Below, in pieces: positions 18,810-27,109 of a stretch of DNA of 64,000 nt (position 1 is the first letter of the stretch; each line of letters starts with the position of its first letter). Source of the stretch: Myxococcota bacterium (GTDB taxonomy: Bacteria; Myxococcota_A; Polyangia; Nannocystales; Nannocystaceae). The notes under the pieces were generated by a model. It was given only the letters and a program-made list of their open reading frames with translations, was not told the DNA's origin and did no database searches. Where the stretch lies: NCBI GenBank assembly GCA_039194325.1, contig JBCCWC010000002.1, positions 190,191 through 254,190 on the forward strand. Direction: 5' to 3'. The position numbers were made by a program, and so were the translations under genes.

Positions 18810-19922
18810 ATGGCGGCCATGTCCTCGTCGATCGATCGTCGGGTCCGTCTGCGGCCCGAGCTCGTCTCCTTCGGTCGGGCCGTTGGTCTGCCGTCCATCT
18901 TGTCGGCGTCGCTTGGCTTGGCCTGTTCGGTCTCGCCCGAGCCCGACAACCCCTTCGTGTCCGGTGGGACGGTCGCCGAGCCGACCTCGAGCGCCGGGAC
19001 CGTTGTGCCCGACGGCAGCTCGGGTGGCAGCACCATGGCGCTCGATGGCTCGGGCTCTTCGGCCGCCGCGACCGCGGGGGACGGCCCCAAGCTCGATGTG
19101 GCGTCCCAAGACGTGGGCACGCCCGGTCAGGAGTTCTGTAACTTCGTCGACATCCTCTTCGTCATCGACAACTCGCTGTCGATGGATGAGTACCAGCTGG
19201 CGCTGGCGCTGGCGTGGCCCAGCTTCGTCGACGAGATGTGGGCGAACCTGCCGGCGGGCACCGATCTCCACGTGGGGATGACCACCACCGCCTTCTATAA
19301 TGGGAGCTGCTCCGAGTTCTACTTCAACTGCCAGACCACGGCCTCCGACAGCGCGATCCTCTCTCGCTACATCACCCCCGACATGGGCACCACCGCGGGC
19401 AACGGCGAGCAGGGGCGGCTGTTCGAGTGGCAAGGCCAGCGCTACTTCTCGGCGACCGTGGGGGATGACTCCACCGCGTTCAAGGATTGGTTCTCCGGGG
19501 CTGCGGTGGCTGCGGGCGAGACCGGGTGCAGCTTCGAGATGATGTCGGCGGCGGCGGGCTACGCCTTTCACCCGGCCAACGCGATGGCCAACGAGGGGTT
19601 CTTGCGGGACGAAGGCGCGGTGCTGGTGGTCGTGGTGCTCACCGACGAGCCCGACAAGTCGCCCGAGGGGGCGATGACCTACTACGACATGATCGTCGAC
19701 GCGAAGGCGGGCTGCGGCGGCGATCAGTGCGTGATCGTCACCGGGCTGGTCAACCAGTGTATCGAGGGGGTCAACAACGGGCTGTGGCAGTTCTTCAACC
19801 TCTTCCCCGGGTTCACCGGCACGGGGAGCATCGAGGAGCCGCTGGACTACGCCCAGGTGGTGGGCTCGGCGCTGGCCGAGGTGATCGGGGAGACCTGCGA
19901 CCAGATCCCGCCGGCGGGGTAG
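18810..19922 (+). CDS. vWA-like lipoprotein, paralog 2
   Basis: Lipobox GLAC, VDILFVIDNSLSM, FLRDEGAVLVVVVLTDEPD; clearly paralogous to the previous gene. Confidence 0.85.
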   Translation: MAAMSSSIDRRVRLRPELVSFGRAVGLPSILSASLGLACSVSPEPDNPFVSGGTVAEPTSSAGTVVPDGSSGGSTMALDGSGSSAAATAGDGPKLDVASQDVGTPGQEFCNFVDILFVIDNSLSMDEYQLALALAWPSFVDEMWANLPAGTDLHVGMTTTAFYNGSCSEFYFNCQTTASDSAILSRYITPDMGTTAGNGEQGRLFEWQGQRYFSATVGDDSTAFKDWFSGAAVAAGETGCSFEMMSAAAGYAFHPANAMANEGFLRDEGAVLVVVVLTDEPDKSPEGAMTYYDMIVDAKAGCGGDQCVIVTGLVNQCIEGVNNGLWQFFNLFPGFTGTGSIEEPLDYAQVVGSALAEVIGETCDQIPPAG

Positions 19923-20006
19923 CGCAGGTGGGGTGGCCGTGAGCTCGCGGGTGCGGGGCCTCCGGTGCTCTGGTGGGCACGGCATGTGGTCTGGTAAGAT
20001 CTCCTG

Positions 20007-20240
20007 GTGGCCGAGCAGACCGAACGCAAGGCGCGAGCCATGGAGCGGCGTAATCGAGCCATCCTACGAAAGGCTCGCCTGCAGGATCGTGAATACGATC
20101 TGCATCCGTTGCTCGGTCCAGCAGCGTTGTCCTTGGTGACCAAGCGTACTAGAGAAGGATGGTCCCTCTCCGGTCGACTCTGGCCGAGCTACCCGCGATC
20201 GGAGACTCCCTTTCGTTTCGTTCCACGGGGGCGTGGTTGA
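20007..20240 (+). CDS. Small basic hypothetical protein
   Basis: 77-aa ORF whose stop overlaps a TTG start (TTGA) of the next frame. Confidence 0.55.
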   Translation: MAEQTERKARAMERRNRAILRKARLQDREYDLHPLLGPAALSLVTKRTREGWSLSGRLWPSYPRSETPFRFVPRGRG

Positions 20241-20320
20241 TCGATCTTCCCGAGGACTTTCGCGATCTCCTCATCGAGATGGTTGGCCTTCATTCCCCGT
20301 TCTTAGTGTGGGTCATAAGA
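20237..20320 (+). pseudogene. Truncated nucleotidyltransferase-like gene remnant
   Basis: MIDLPEDFRDLLIEM..FLV then a shifted VGH resembles the N-terminus of small nucleotidyltransferases; the frame then runs into the convergent gene. Confidence 0.4.
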
Positions 20321-20354
20321 CCGTTGCTTCCGCGGAGCGTCAGTCTTGCGATCT

Positions 20355-21065
20355 CTACTCCACGAACTCGACGACCAGCGCGATCGCTTTGCCTCGGCGC
20401 TCCAGGCTGAGCTCTATGCGAGTCGCCGTGCGAAGCCCGGCGTAGATCTCCATCGCTTGGTCTATGGAGGTCAGCGCCTTGCCGTCGACCGCGGTGAGCA
20501 TGTCGCCGTTCTCGATCCCGAGACGCTTGGGCAGGCTGCCCGAGCGGATCCCATAGAACTTGTAGCCCACCACCGATCCGCCCTCTTGCTTGGGGACGAT
20601 ACGAGCCTGTCGAGCGAGCTTCGCGGGATCGTCCATCAGATCGTCGAGCAGCGCTCGGTCGACCTTGCACTCGATCTTGGCGGTCTCCAGGCCCTCGCAC
20701 TGGATCCCTTCGGTCGCGGCCTTGAGCTCGGAGCTGCTCGTGCCGGCTGGATTCGGCCGAGCATCGGGCCTGAGCATCGCCCCGCGTTCCCGACGACGGG
20801 CCTCATGGGTCTCGTCTTGTGCCTTGCGCTCGGCGGCCCAGGCGGTCAGGGGTTCGAGGGCCAGGGCCTGATCTTGGAGCGTGGTGGTCAGCGCATCGAG
20901 CTTGGTCTCTATCGCGGTCAGCCGCTGCTGCGTTGCTTCCAGCCGGCTAGAGACGGCGGCGAGCGCTTCGCCGTCGTGACCGTCGCCCGCGGGCTGGCAT
21001 GCGGCCGAGGTGAGCGCCACAGACAGGAGCACGAGCAAGCCGCCGTCGAGCCGAGGATCGATCAT
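20355..21065 (-). CDS. Lipoprotein with coiled coil and GspC-like PDZ domain
   Basis: Lipobox SAAC; ARIVPKQEGGSVVGYKFYGIRSGSLPKRLGIENGD...LERRG. Confidence 0.85.
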   Translation of the reverse strand: MIDPRLDGGLLVLLSVALTSAACQPAGDGHDGEALAAVSSRLEATQQRLTAIETKLDALTTTLQDQALALEPLTAWAAERKAQDETHEARRRERGAMLRPDARPNPAGTSSSELKAATEGIQCEGLETAKIECKVDRALLDDLMDDPAKLARQARIVPKQEGGSVVGYKFYGIRSGSLPKRLGIENGDMLTAVDGKALTSIDQAMEIYAGLRTATRIELSLERRGKAIALVVEFVE

Positions 21066-21114
21066 GGCACGGAATGTCGCATGCTCGACGATGGGACGCA
21101 CAGACGCCGACCGC

Positions 21115-21147
21115 CGCGCGTGCGCGTGCGCGTGCGCGTGCGCGTGC
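21115..21147. repeat. (GCGTGC)n alternating purine-pyrimidine tract
   Basis: 33 nt of uninterrupted Y/R alternation between divergent genes. Confidence 0.9.
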
Positions 21148-21238
21148 TCGTACGCTTGCGCGTCCACCCGTGCGTTAGCCTGCGCTTGGAGCGCGTTCGT
21201 CGTGGCCGGGCGACATCGATTTCAGGCACACTTGCCCT

Positions 21239-21844
21239 GTGAGTAAAGCGGAAGCGGAAGACGTGCTGGATTTCTGGTTCGGGCAACTCGACGCGGACGG
21301 GCGGGCCGAGGCGTCGAAGCGCAAGTCGTGGTGGAAGAAGGACCCCGCCTTCGACGAAGAGATAAGAGATCGATTCTTGGCGACGTATGAAGCGATCGTC
21401 GCGGGCGAGCGGCGAGCTTGGCAAGAGCACGCTAGTTCGTGCCTGGCGCTGGTCATCGTCTTGGATCAGTTCAGTCGCAACATGTTTCGCAACACCGCCA
21501 AGATGTACGCCGCGGACGGGCAATCCGTGCAGATCGTGCATTCTGGGCTAGAGCGTGGCTTCGATCGGATGCTGCGAACCGACGAGTGCGTCTTCTTCTA
21601 TATGCCGCTGATGCACTCAGAGGATCTCGCGCACCAAGAGCGCTGTATCGTGTTGTTTCGAGCGCTTCACGACCAATGCCCCGTCGCGGCCAAAGACGGC
21701 CTGGCCAAGAACATCGACTTCGCCGTCAAGCATCGCGACATTGTGCGCGACTGGGGGCGTTTTCCTCACCGCAACGAGATCCTCGGCCGGGCGAGCACAC
21801 CCGAGGAACTCGCGTTCCTCGAGCAACCGGGCTCGGGATTCTGA
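21239..21844 (+). CDS. DUF924 family protein
   Basis: VLDFWFG, LDQFSRNMFR, FFYMPLMHSE, GRFPHRNEILGRASTPEE. Confidence 0.93.
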   Translation: MSKAEAEDVLDFWFGQLDADGRAEASKRKSWWKKDPAFDEEIRDRFLATYEAIVAGERRAWQEHASSCLALVIVLDQFSRNMFRNTAKMYAADGQSVQIVHSGLERGFDRMLRTDECVFFYMPLMHSEDLAHQERCIVLFRALHDQCPVAAKDGLAKNIDFAVKHRDIVRDWGRFPHRNEILGRASTPEELAFLEQPGSGF

Positions 21845-21942
21845 GCCGCCCACAATGCCGGCATTGACGGGGCGTGCTCGTGGTGAGCGGCCTTCGTAGG
21901 CTCGAACGCTGAGATCGGCGTCCCGGGAACAGGGCACTCGTC

Positions 21943-23040
21943 CTACGGAATGTTGACCGCGCCGCAGGGCCAGCTGGCGTCGACGGTGTGGTCGCCGCCG
22001 TCGCGGAGCGTCTCGCAGGCCTCGCCCTGGAGCACCAGGGTAGATTGATCGGGCAGGTCGTAGTCGACCCCGCACTCGAGCTCCGTGCCGTCGAGGGTGA
22101 CGGTGCCGTCGCAGGCTTGGTCGAGATCGACCTCGCCTTCGATCGCTAGCTCGCAGCTGACGAAGGTGCCGATGATCTCCTCGAAGGCGTCGACCAGCTG
22201 CATGACGTCGAGGGCCTGGTAGTACGGCGCCGGCATGGCGTCGTCGGGCGCCTTGCCCACCCCCACGTTGGCCATCTCTTGCAGGTGGTCGGCGCCGACG
22301 TCGTCACCCACGCTGATGATGTAGGTGGTGATCCCCAGGTTGAACGCCTCGGCGGCGGCCTCGAGGGACTCCGGCTGCCCGTTTTGCGGGTTGGGCTCGT
22401 CACAGGTGTCGGGCTCGCCGTCGGTGGCGAGCACGATCCCCTTGGGGCCGTCGGCCTGGAAGTCGGCCAGCATTTGCGCGACCGCGGCCAGCGACTCCCC
22501 GGTTGGGGTGTCACCCAGCGGGTCGGCGGGATCGAAGACGTCGTCGATCGCAGTGAAGTTGTCGAGCGCGGGCTCGACGGTGTCGAGCAAGGGACACTCG
22601 CCGCCCGCGAAGCCGCCGTCGCTGGTGTAGAGCGCCAGGCCAAAGCGCACCTGAGACGCAAGGGTGGTCACCACGCCGTTGGCCGGATCCATCAGCGTCT
22701 CGTACATCGCGTCCCAGCGGGACTGGCCCGAGAAGTTGTTGTTCATGCTCCCCGACTGGTCGACCAGCAAGAACAAGGTGGGGATGATCGGATCGACCTG
22801 CACCTGAACCTCAGCGCAGCCGCCGGTGGTGAGCTCGGGGAGCGGATCGGTGGGCGAGCCGGAGGTGTCGAGGCTGTCGTTGGGGAACGGGTCGTTGCCG
22901 CTGCTGCTGCTGCTGCCGAAGTTGAACGGAGTGGTACCCAGCCCTTCCGTGTCTTCGGGTGTGTTGGGGGTAGTGGGATTGGGACAGCCCGCCAACGAAC
23001 CTGCGCCCAGCATCAAAACCAAACCACGGCCATACTTCAC
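21943..23040 (-). CDS. vWA-domain lipoprotein
   Basis: Lipobox LAGC; LLVDQSGSM, GDTPTGESL, VLATDGEP; Cys-rich C-terminus. Confidence 0.9.
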   Translation of the reverse strand: MKYGRGLVLMLGAGSLAGCPNPTTPNTPEDTEGLGTTPFNFGSSSSSGNDPFPNDSLDTSGSPTDPLPELTTGGCAEVQVQVDPIIPTLFLLVDQSGSMNNNFSGQSRWDAMYETLMDPANGVVTTLASQVRFGLALYTSDGGFAGGECPLLDTVEPALDNFTAIDDVFDPADPLGDTPTGESLAAVAQMLADFQADGPKGIVLATDGEPDTCDEPNPQNGQPESLEAAAEAFNLGITTYIISVGDDVGADHLQEMANVGVGKAPDDAMPAPYYQALDVMQLVDAFEEIIGTFVSCELAIEGEVDLDQACDGTVTLDGTELECGVDYDLPDQSTLVLQGEACETLRDGGDHTVDASWPCGAVNIP

Positions 23041-23135
23041 TGCTTTACGAGACTACCTCTCGAACCTGTTCCCGCAAGCCTTCATTGCGACTCATTTGCG
23101 TAAGCTCGATCGGGTCTTCGACGCCAAGGTGGGAT

Positions 23136-23176
23136 GATGACTCCCGATCACTTCCCGATGAATTCCGATGACTCCC
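23136..23176. repeat. Four degenerate ~10-bp direct repeats upstream of the vWA lipoprotein gene
   Basis: GATGACTCCC GATCACTTCCC GATGAATTCC GATGACTCCC. Confidence 0.6.
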
Positions 23177-23448
23177 CAAACTCCGGGAGGTGTCCAGGCG
23201 GATGTTCAGGGGGAAGGTTCGGAAGCGGACATGCGGGGAAATTTTCGGTCGAGCGTGGTCCTACATTCGGGGCCGAGGTGGCCGGTGCTGGTGTCGGTGT
23301 TTCGGATACTGCCCTCGGCATGTGGGCCGCGGGGTCGTTGCACGCGGTCGCAAGCAGCAGGACCGGCAGGGCGAAGGGGGCGAGCCAGGCGCGCATGCGC
23401 ACGTGCCTACGTACGAAGGCCGAGTGCGGTCTGTTCCCACTCCGGGCT

Positions 23449-24528
23449 TCAGACCGGCGCTTGGGCTCCGGCCTCGCCCGTGGGTCGCAGCTGCACCTGA
23501 AGTCGCGAGGTGGTCGGATCCGCGGTGCGGAACACGAAGCGATAGCGCCCGGGCTCGCCGACCCATACCGAGCCGGACTCGGGCTCGTGCCATAAAGAGG
23601 CTTGCTCGGTGGCGCAAAAGCACGGCTCGATCTCCAGCGTGGCGTCGCCGTCGGCGTGCAGGTCGACGGCATAATGGCCGGGCTTGGGGATCTCCACCAG
23701 CGCGGAGGTCTCTCGGTCGTAGCGGGAGCGGAAGGTGTTTTGAACGTCGGGGTCTTCGCAGGCCAGCGCGGCATCGAAGGTCCATCCCGAGTCCTCCCAT
23801 GGCACCACCGGTCCCCGGCACAGGGCAGGATTTTCGTGCACGGCGGGGGCGCGCGCGGCGAACTGGGCGCCGATGGTGGTCAGGTCTCCGTGGAGGGTCT
23901 GCTCCAAGCAGCGCTCGACCGCGTCGAGGGGATCGCCACGGTCTACACAGTCCACCAGCTGCACCAGCGCCTCGGCCCCGTGCTCGGCTCGCACGAAGTC
24001 CACGAACTGGGCGGCCCGGGGGTAGTGCTCGTAGGCCACGTCGTCGCGGGCCAGCAACTGCCGCAAGGGCGGGGTAGGCCAGGGGACGCCGGGCTCGGGG
24101 CACCAGCGGTCGCCCAGGCTGCCGGCCATGCCCTCGCTGAGGAAGCGATCGGTCATGCCCAAGTCGGAGCCCGAGGCCACGTGGTGCACCAGCTCGTGCC
24201 AGATCGCGCGCGGCTCGTAGGCGGGCACGAAGGTGGCGTCGACCCAGCCGCCGATGTAGCAGGCCATCACGTCGTCACACCACGGGGCGGTGTCTTCGAC
24301 CACGAAGACCTCGATCAGCCGGTCGGGGTCGCGTGCGATCCCCAGCTGGGCCTCAACGAAACCCACATGATCATCCCAGGCGCGCAACGTGCCGGCGCAT
24401 AGCTCGACCTCGGCCTGAACCCCTACCGCCACTCTCTGGCCTTCGGCCAAGAGCTCCGGTAAGGGGGGGGCACAGGCCACCGAACCCAACAGACTCGCTG
24501 CGAGCCAACTGCTGGCTCGCGATGACAA
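23449..24528 (-). CDS. Lipoprotein with zincin-like HExxH motif
   Basis: Lipobox SVAC; WHELVHH...FLSEGMA; Y..AAQFVDFV. Confidence 0.75.
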   Translation of the reverse strand: MSSRASSWLAASLLGSVACAPPLPELLAEGQRVAVGVQAEVELCAGTLRAWDDHVGFVEAQLGIARDPDRLIEVFVVEDTAPWCDDVMACYIGGWVDATFVPAYEPRAIWHELVHHVASGSDLGMTDRFLSEGMAGSLGDRWCPEPGVPWPTPPLRQLLARDDVAYEHYPRAAQFVDFVRAEHGAEALVQLVDCVDRGDPLDAVERCLEQTLHGDLTTIGAQFAARAPAVHENPALCRGPVVPWEDSGWTFDAALACEDPDVQNTFRSRYDRETSALVEIPKPGHYAVDLHADGDATLEIEPCFCATEQASLWHEPESGSVWVGEPGRYRFVFRTADPTTSRLQVQLRPTGEAGAQAPV

Positions 24529-24745
24529 AGCGAAAGAAACCTCGCCTGTTCAAGCTAGCAGCGAAGTCTCACGTTCGCGATGTAGTGGGGCATAGTGGGG
24601 CGTCAGCGGGCGCTTGAGGGCGATCTGCGGGGGCACGCGGGTTGGCGGGCGAGCGCGGCGGAGGAGCCGCCCGGCTGGATGGCCCGGAGGAGGCAAATCG
24701 GGAGGGCAAGTCGGGAGGGCTAGCGGGCGACTTGGGCAGGCGGTG

Positions 24746-24762
24746 TTGGGCGGGTTGCCCAA
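24746..24762. promoter_or_regulatory. Palindromic putative activator site upstream of the sigma54 promoter
   Basis: TTGGGC-GGGTT-GCCCAA; same geometry as the boxes at 9362-9410. Confidence 0.5.
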
Positions 24763-24811
24763 AGCCCGAAGGGATCCCCCGGCAAGTGCTCGAACCGAGG
24801 ACGGGTCGGAG

Positions 24812-24828
24812 TTGGCACGACACGTGCT
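24812..24828 (+). promoter_or_regulatory. Sigma54 (-24/-12) promoter
   Basis: TTGGCACGACACGTGCT: consensus TGGCACG at -24 and GC at the exact GG-N10-GC spacing. Confidence 0.75.
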
Positions 24829-24838
24829 CTACAGGGGG

Positions 24839-25026
24839 ACGTCAAGGGAAGGCCGCTCGCTTCTTCATCCGACGGGCAACCATCCTCACCCCTGCCGTTC
24901 ACAAATGCCCGGAGGGCGGGTGGCGACGGTCGATCCCGAGACGAACGAGAGAGGTGCCGTGGGGGCACCTGGGATAGCAACAGCGAAGTGGAGCCAGGGC
25001 CGGCGGGAAACCGCCGGCCCGTTTTT
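24839..25026 (+). ncRNA. Putative sigma54-dependent small RNA (Pxr-like architecture)
   Basis: Lies between two - strand genes, bounded by a sigma54 promoter and a + strand terminator; hairpin AGGTGCC-GTGGG-GGCACCT at 24952-24970; no convincing ORF. Confidence 0.65.
24997..25026 (+). terminator. Rho-independent terminator
   Basis: GGGCCGGCGG-GAAA-CCGCCGGCCC (10-bp stem, GNRA loop) then GTTTTT. Confidence 0.88.
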
Positions 25027-25070
25027 GATCTAGCGCGGGGAGGATTGGGCGCGGCAGAGGTCGGAGCTGC

Positions 25071-26804
25071 TCACATGCAGTTGGGGAGGTACTGGAGGTT
25101 GGATACCGGATCCCCGAAACTGCCGAGGTAGAGAGGCGGCATCATCGAGTTGAGCTCGACCTCGAATATGTCGGTGTCCACGGCGATGAATGCCATCTGG
25201 CGGGTCGGATCATATTCAAGACCCGCCGGATCCCACGGGTTGTCGAAGTCTGCATCGAGGTCGCGTACGATCGCGGCAGCGGCTGTTGTCGGGTCAATGC
25301 TGTAGATCGTCTGATTGACGCCGTTGGCCACTAGCAGGCGATCTTGTGTGCAATCGTAGGCCATGCCGCATGAGCTGATGTTGAGCGGGACGCCTATGGA
25401 AGTAATCAACGCGCTTGCTACAATTGTCCCCATTGCTGGATCGAAGGTCAGTAGATTGCCGTCCTCGTTGATCCCATAGAGCATGCCATCGCCACCGAAC
25501 TCAAGCCCACATACGACGTCACCTGGATCTCCGTAGGGCGCCATGCCAACTGGCACTACTTCTCCTACTCCTCCGATGCAGGTAGCTGCATAATCTAGAA
25601 CAGTCTGAATCTGAACGCTGGCTCGGTCGTTTGCGAAGATTTCCCCATTTTCGCTTATGGTAGCGCTCGTGATGTCAACATCTACGGGCTGGCCCATGGG
25701 ATCTTGAAGCGTGATCAGAATCTCGAGGTCGCCAGCATCCATACCGTCGGTCACTACCGTGGCGAGGGTGCGCGGTTCCATCGGTGCACCGAGGTGCGGC
25801 AAGAAGGCGGTTAGCGCGAGCGTATTGGGGTTGAGGTCGATGTTGCTGTCATAACAGTCGCCCCCCGGGATGGCTCCTCCACCGGGGTTCGCATCACCAT
25901 ACCCGTCGCCGTCAGCGTCGGTCATGCACGGCGTAGAATCATCTTCGTTCTCGGCTGCTCCCGGATGAGTGTTGCCGTCCATGTCATCACAATCGGTCCC
26001 TGGCTCGACTCCCGTCGGCGGATCGATGTCGCCCCAGCCATCGCCATCTTCATCCTGGGCGCATAGGTCGGGCGGATCTTCCATGTCTGCCGCGCCGGGA
26101 AAGATGCTGGCGTCCGTGTCGAGGCAGTCGGTCCCCGGCATGGCGCCCTTGGGCGGAGTTTGATCGCCGTACCCGTCGCCATCCTGGTCGGAGGTGCACA
26201 GCTCGGGCGGTATCTCGAGTTCGGCCGACCCGGGAAAGATCGCGGGCTCGGTATCGATGCAGTCGGTCCCCGCCTCGATCCCCTCGGGCGGCTTTTCGCC
26301 TCCAAAGTCGTCCCCGAAATCGTCGTCGTCCTGATCGCGCATGCACGCCTGCAGATCGTCGTTCGGCGCCGCTCCGGGGAACGTAAACTCGTCCACGTCG
26401 TCGCAGTCGTCACCGTTGTCGACGCTACCCTTGACGGGCTCCTCGGACATCTCGCAGTTATCCGGGTCGCCGAACCCATCCATATCCACGTCGCGGCACC
26501 ACAGCGACTCGCCGTCGGTATCGGTATCGGTGTCCGTATCCGTATCCGTATCCGTGTCGGTCTCCGTCCCGTCGGCCGTGCTCGTTTGCGAGCCGGACAT
26601 GCCGCCTATCGAGGTGGTGTCGGTCGGGCCGGTCGTGGTGGTCGGATCTTCGGTCGTGCTCTGCGAGTTGCTCCCGCTGTTTTGCGGGCAGATGATCGGG
26701 TTGTCCTGTCCTAGCCCGTCGTCGAGGCAGGGCTCGGCGCAGCCGAGCGGAAGGCCGCACGCAAACAGGCCGGCACCAGCAAGAGACCAACGTAGGTTCG
26801 ACAT
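25071..26804 (-). CDS. Surface lipoprotein: CxxPCxDDGL N-terminus, DT linker, metal-binding Asp/Cys repeats, beta-propeller-like C-terminus
   Basis: PLGC lipobox; repeats DxDGDGYGD...DCxDxD..IFPGAAE; C-terminal GLEF/GMAYD/GLEYD blades. Confidence 0.85.
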   Translation of the reverse strand: MSNLRWSLAGAGLFACGLPLGCAEPCLDDGLGQDNPIICPQNSGSNSQSTTEDPTTTTGPTDTTSIGGMSGSQTSTADGTETDTDTDTDTDTDTDTDGESLWCRDVDMDGFGDPDNCEMSEEPVKGSVDNGDDCDDVDEFTFPGAAPNDDLQACMRDQDDDDFGDDFGGEKPPEGIEAGTDCIDTEPAIFPGSAELEIPPELCTSDQDGDGYGDQTPPKGAMPGTDCLDTDASIFPGAADMEDPPDLCAQDEDGDGWGDIDPPTGVEPGTDCDDMDGNTHPGAAENEDDSTPCMTDADGDGYGDANPGGGAIPGGDCYDSNIDLNPNTLALTAFLPHLGAPMEPRTLATVVTDGMDAGDLEILITLQDPMGQPVDVDITSATISENGEIFANDRASVQIQTVLDYAATCIGGVGEVVPVGMAPYGDPGDVVCGLEFGGDGMLYGINEDGNLLTFDPAMGTIVASALITSIGVPLNISSCGMAYDCTQDRLLVANGVNQTIYSIDPTTAAAAIVRDLDADFDNPWDPAGLEYDPTRQMAFIAVDTDIFEVELNSMMPPLYLGSFGDPVSNLQYLPNCM

Positions 26805-26917
26805 TTGCCGGACATTCTAGCCCTTAGCCCGGCCTCTCGGCAGTTAACACGCAAATCGGAACCCTGAGCGGACGCTCACCGGAGCATGGGTACAGCGAAC
26901 CCCTATACGCATTGCGA

Positions 26918-26999
26918 CGATCGGTCGCGATTGGTCGCGATCGGTCGCGATCGGCCGCGATCACTGGTCACAATCGGTCGTAATCAGTCGTCATCGGTC
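26918..26999. repeat. About 8 degenerate 10-bp tandem repeats in a divergent promoter region
   Basis: CGATCGGTCG CGATTGGTCG CGATCGGTCG CGATCGGCCG ... CAATCGGTCG TAATCAGTCG TCATCGGTC. Confidence 0.8.
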
Positions 27000-27109
27000 T
27001 TGTCGGGGAAGGCACGACCGTCCAGATGCGGGCCATGTGACGTACGTCGAGTGGGTTTCTTGCGGTAACGGTGCTATGTCCCGCAGGATCCCACGTGGGA
27101 CACACACGC

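Noticed and set aside
21065..21081. TGGCACGGAATGTCGCA as a sigma54 promoter
   Set aside because: GG-to-GC spacing is 11 rather than the required 10.
24905..25033. 42-codon ORF inside the putative sRNA
   Set aside because: No Shine-Dalgarno and it reads through the terminator hairpin; not fully excluded without ribosome profiling.
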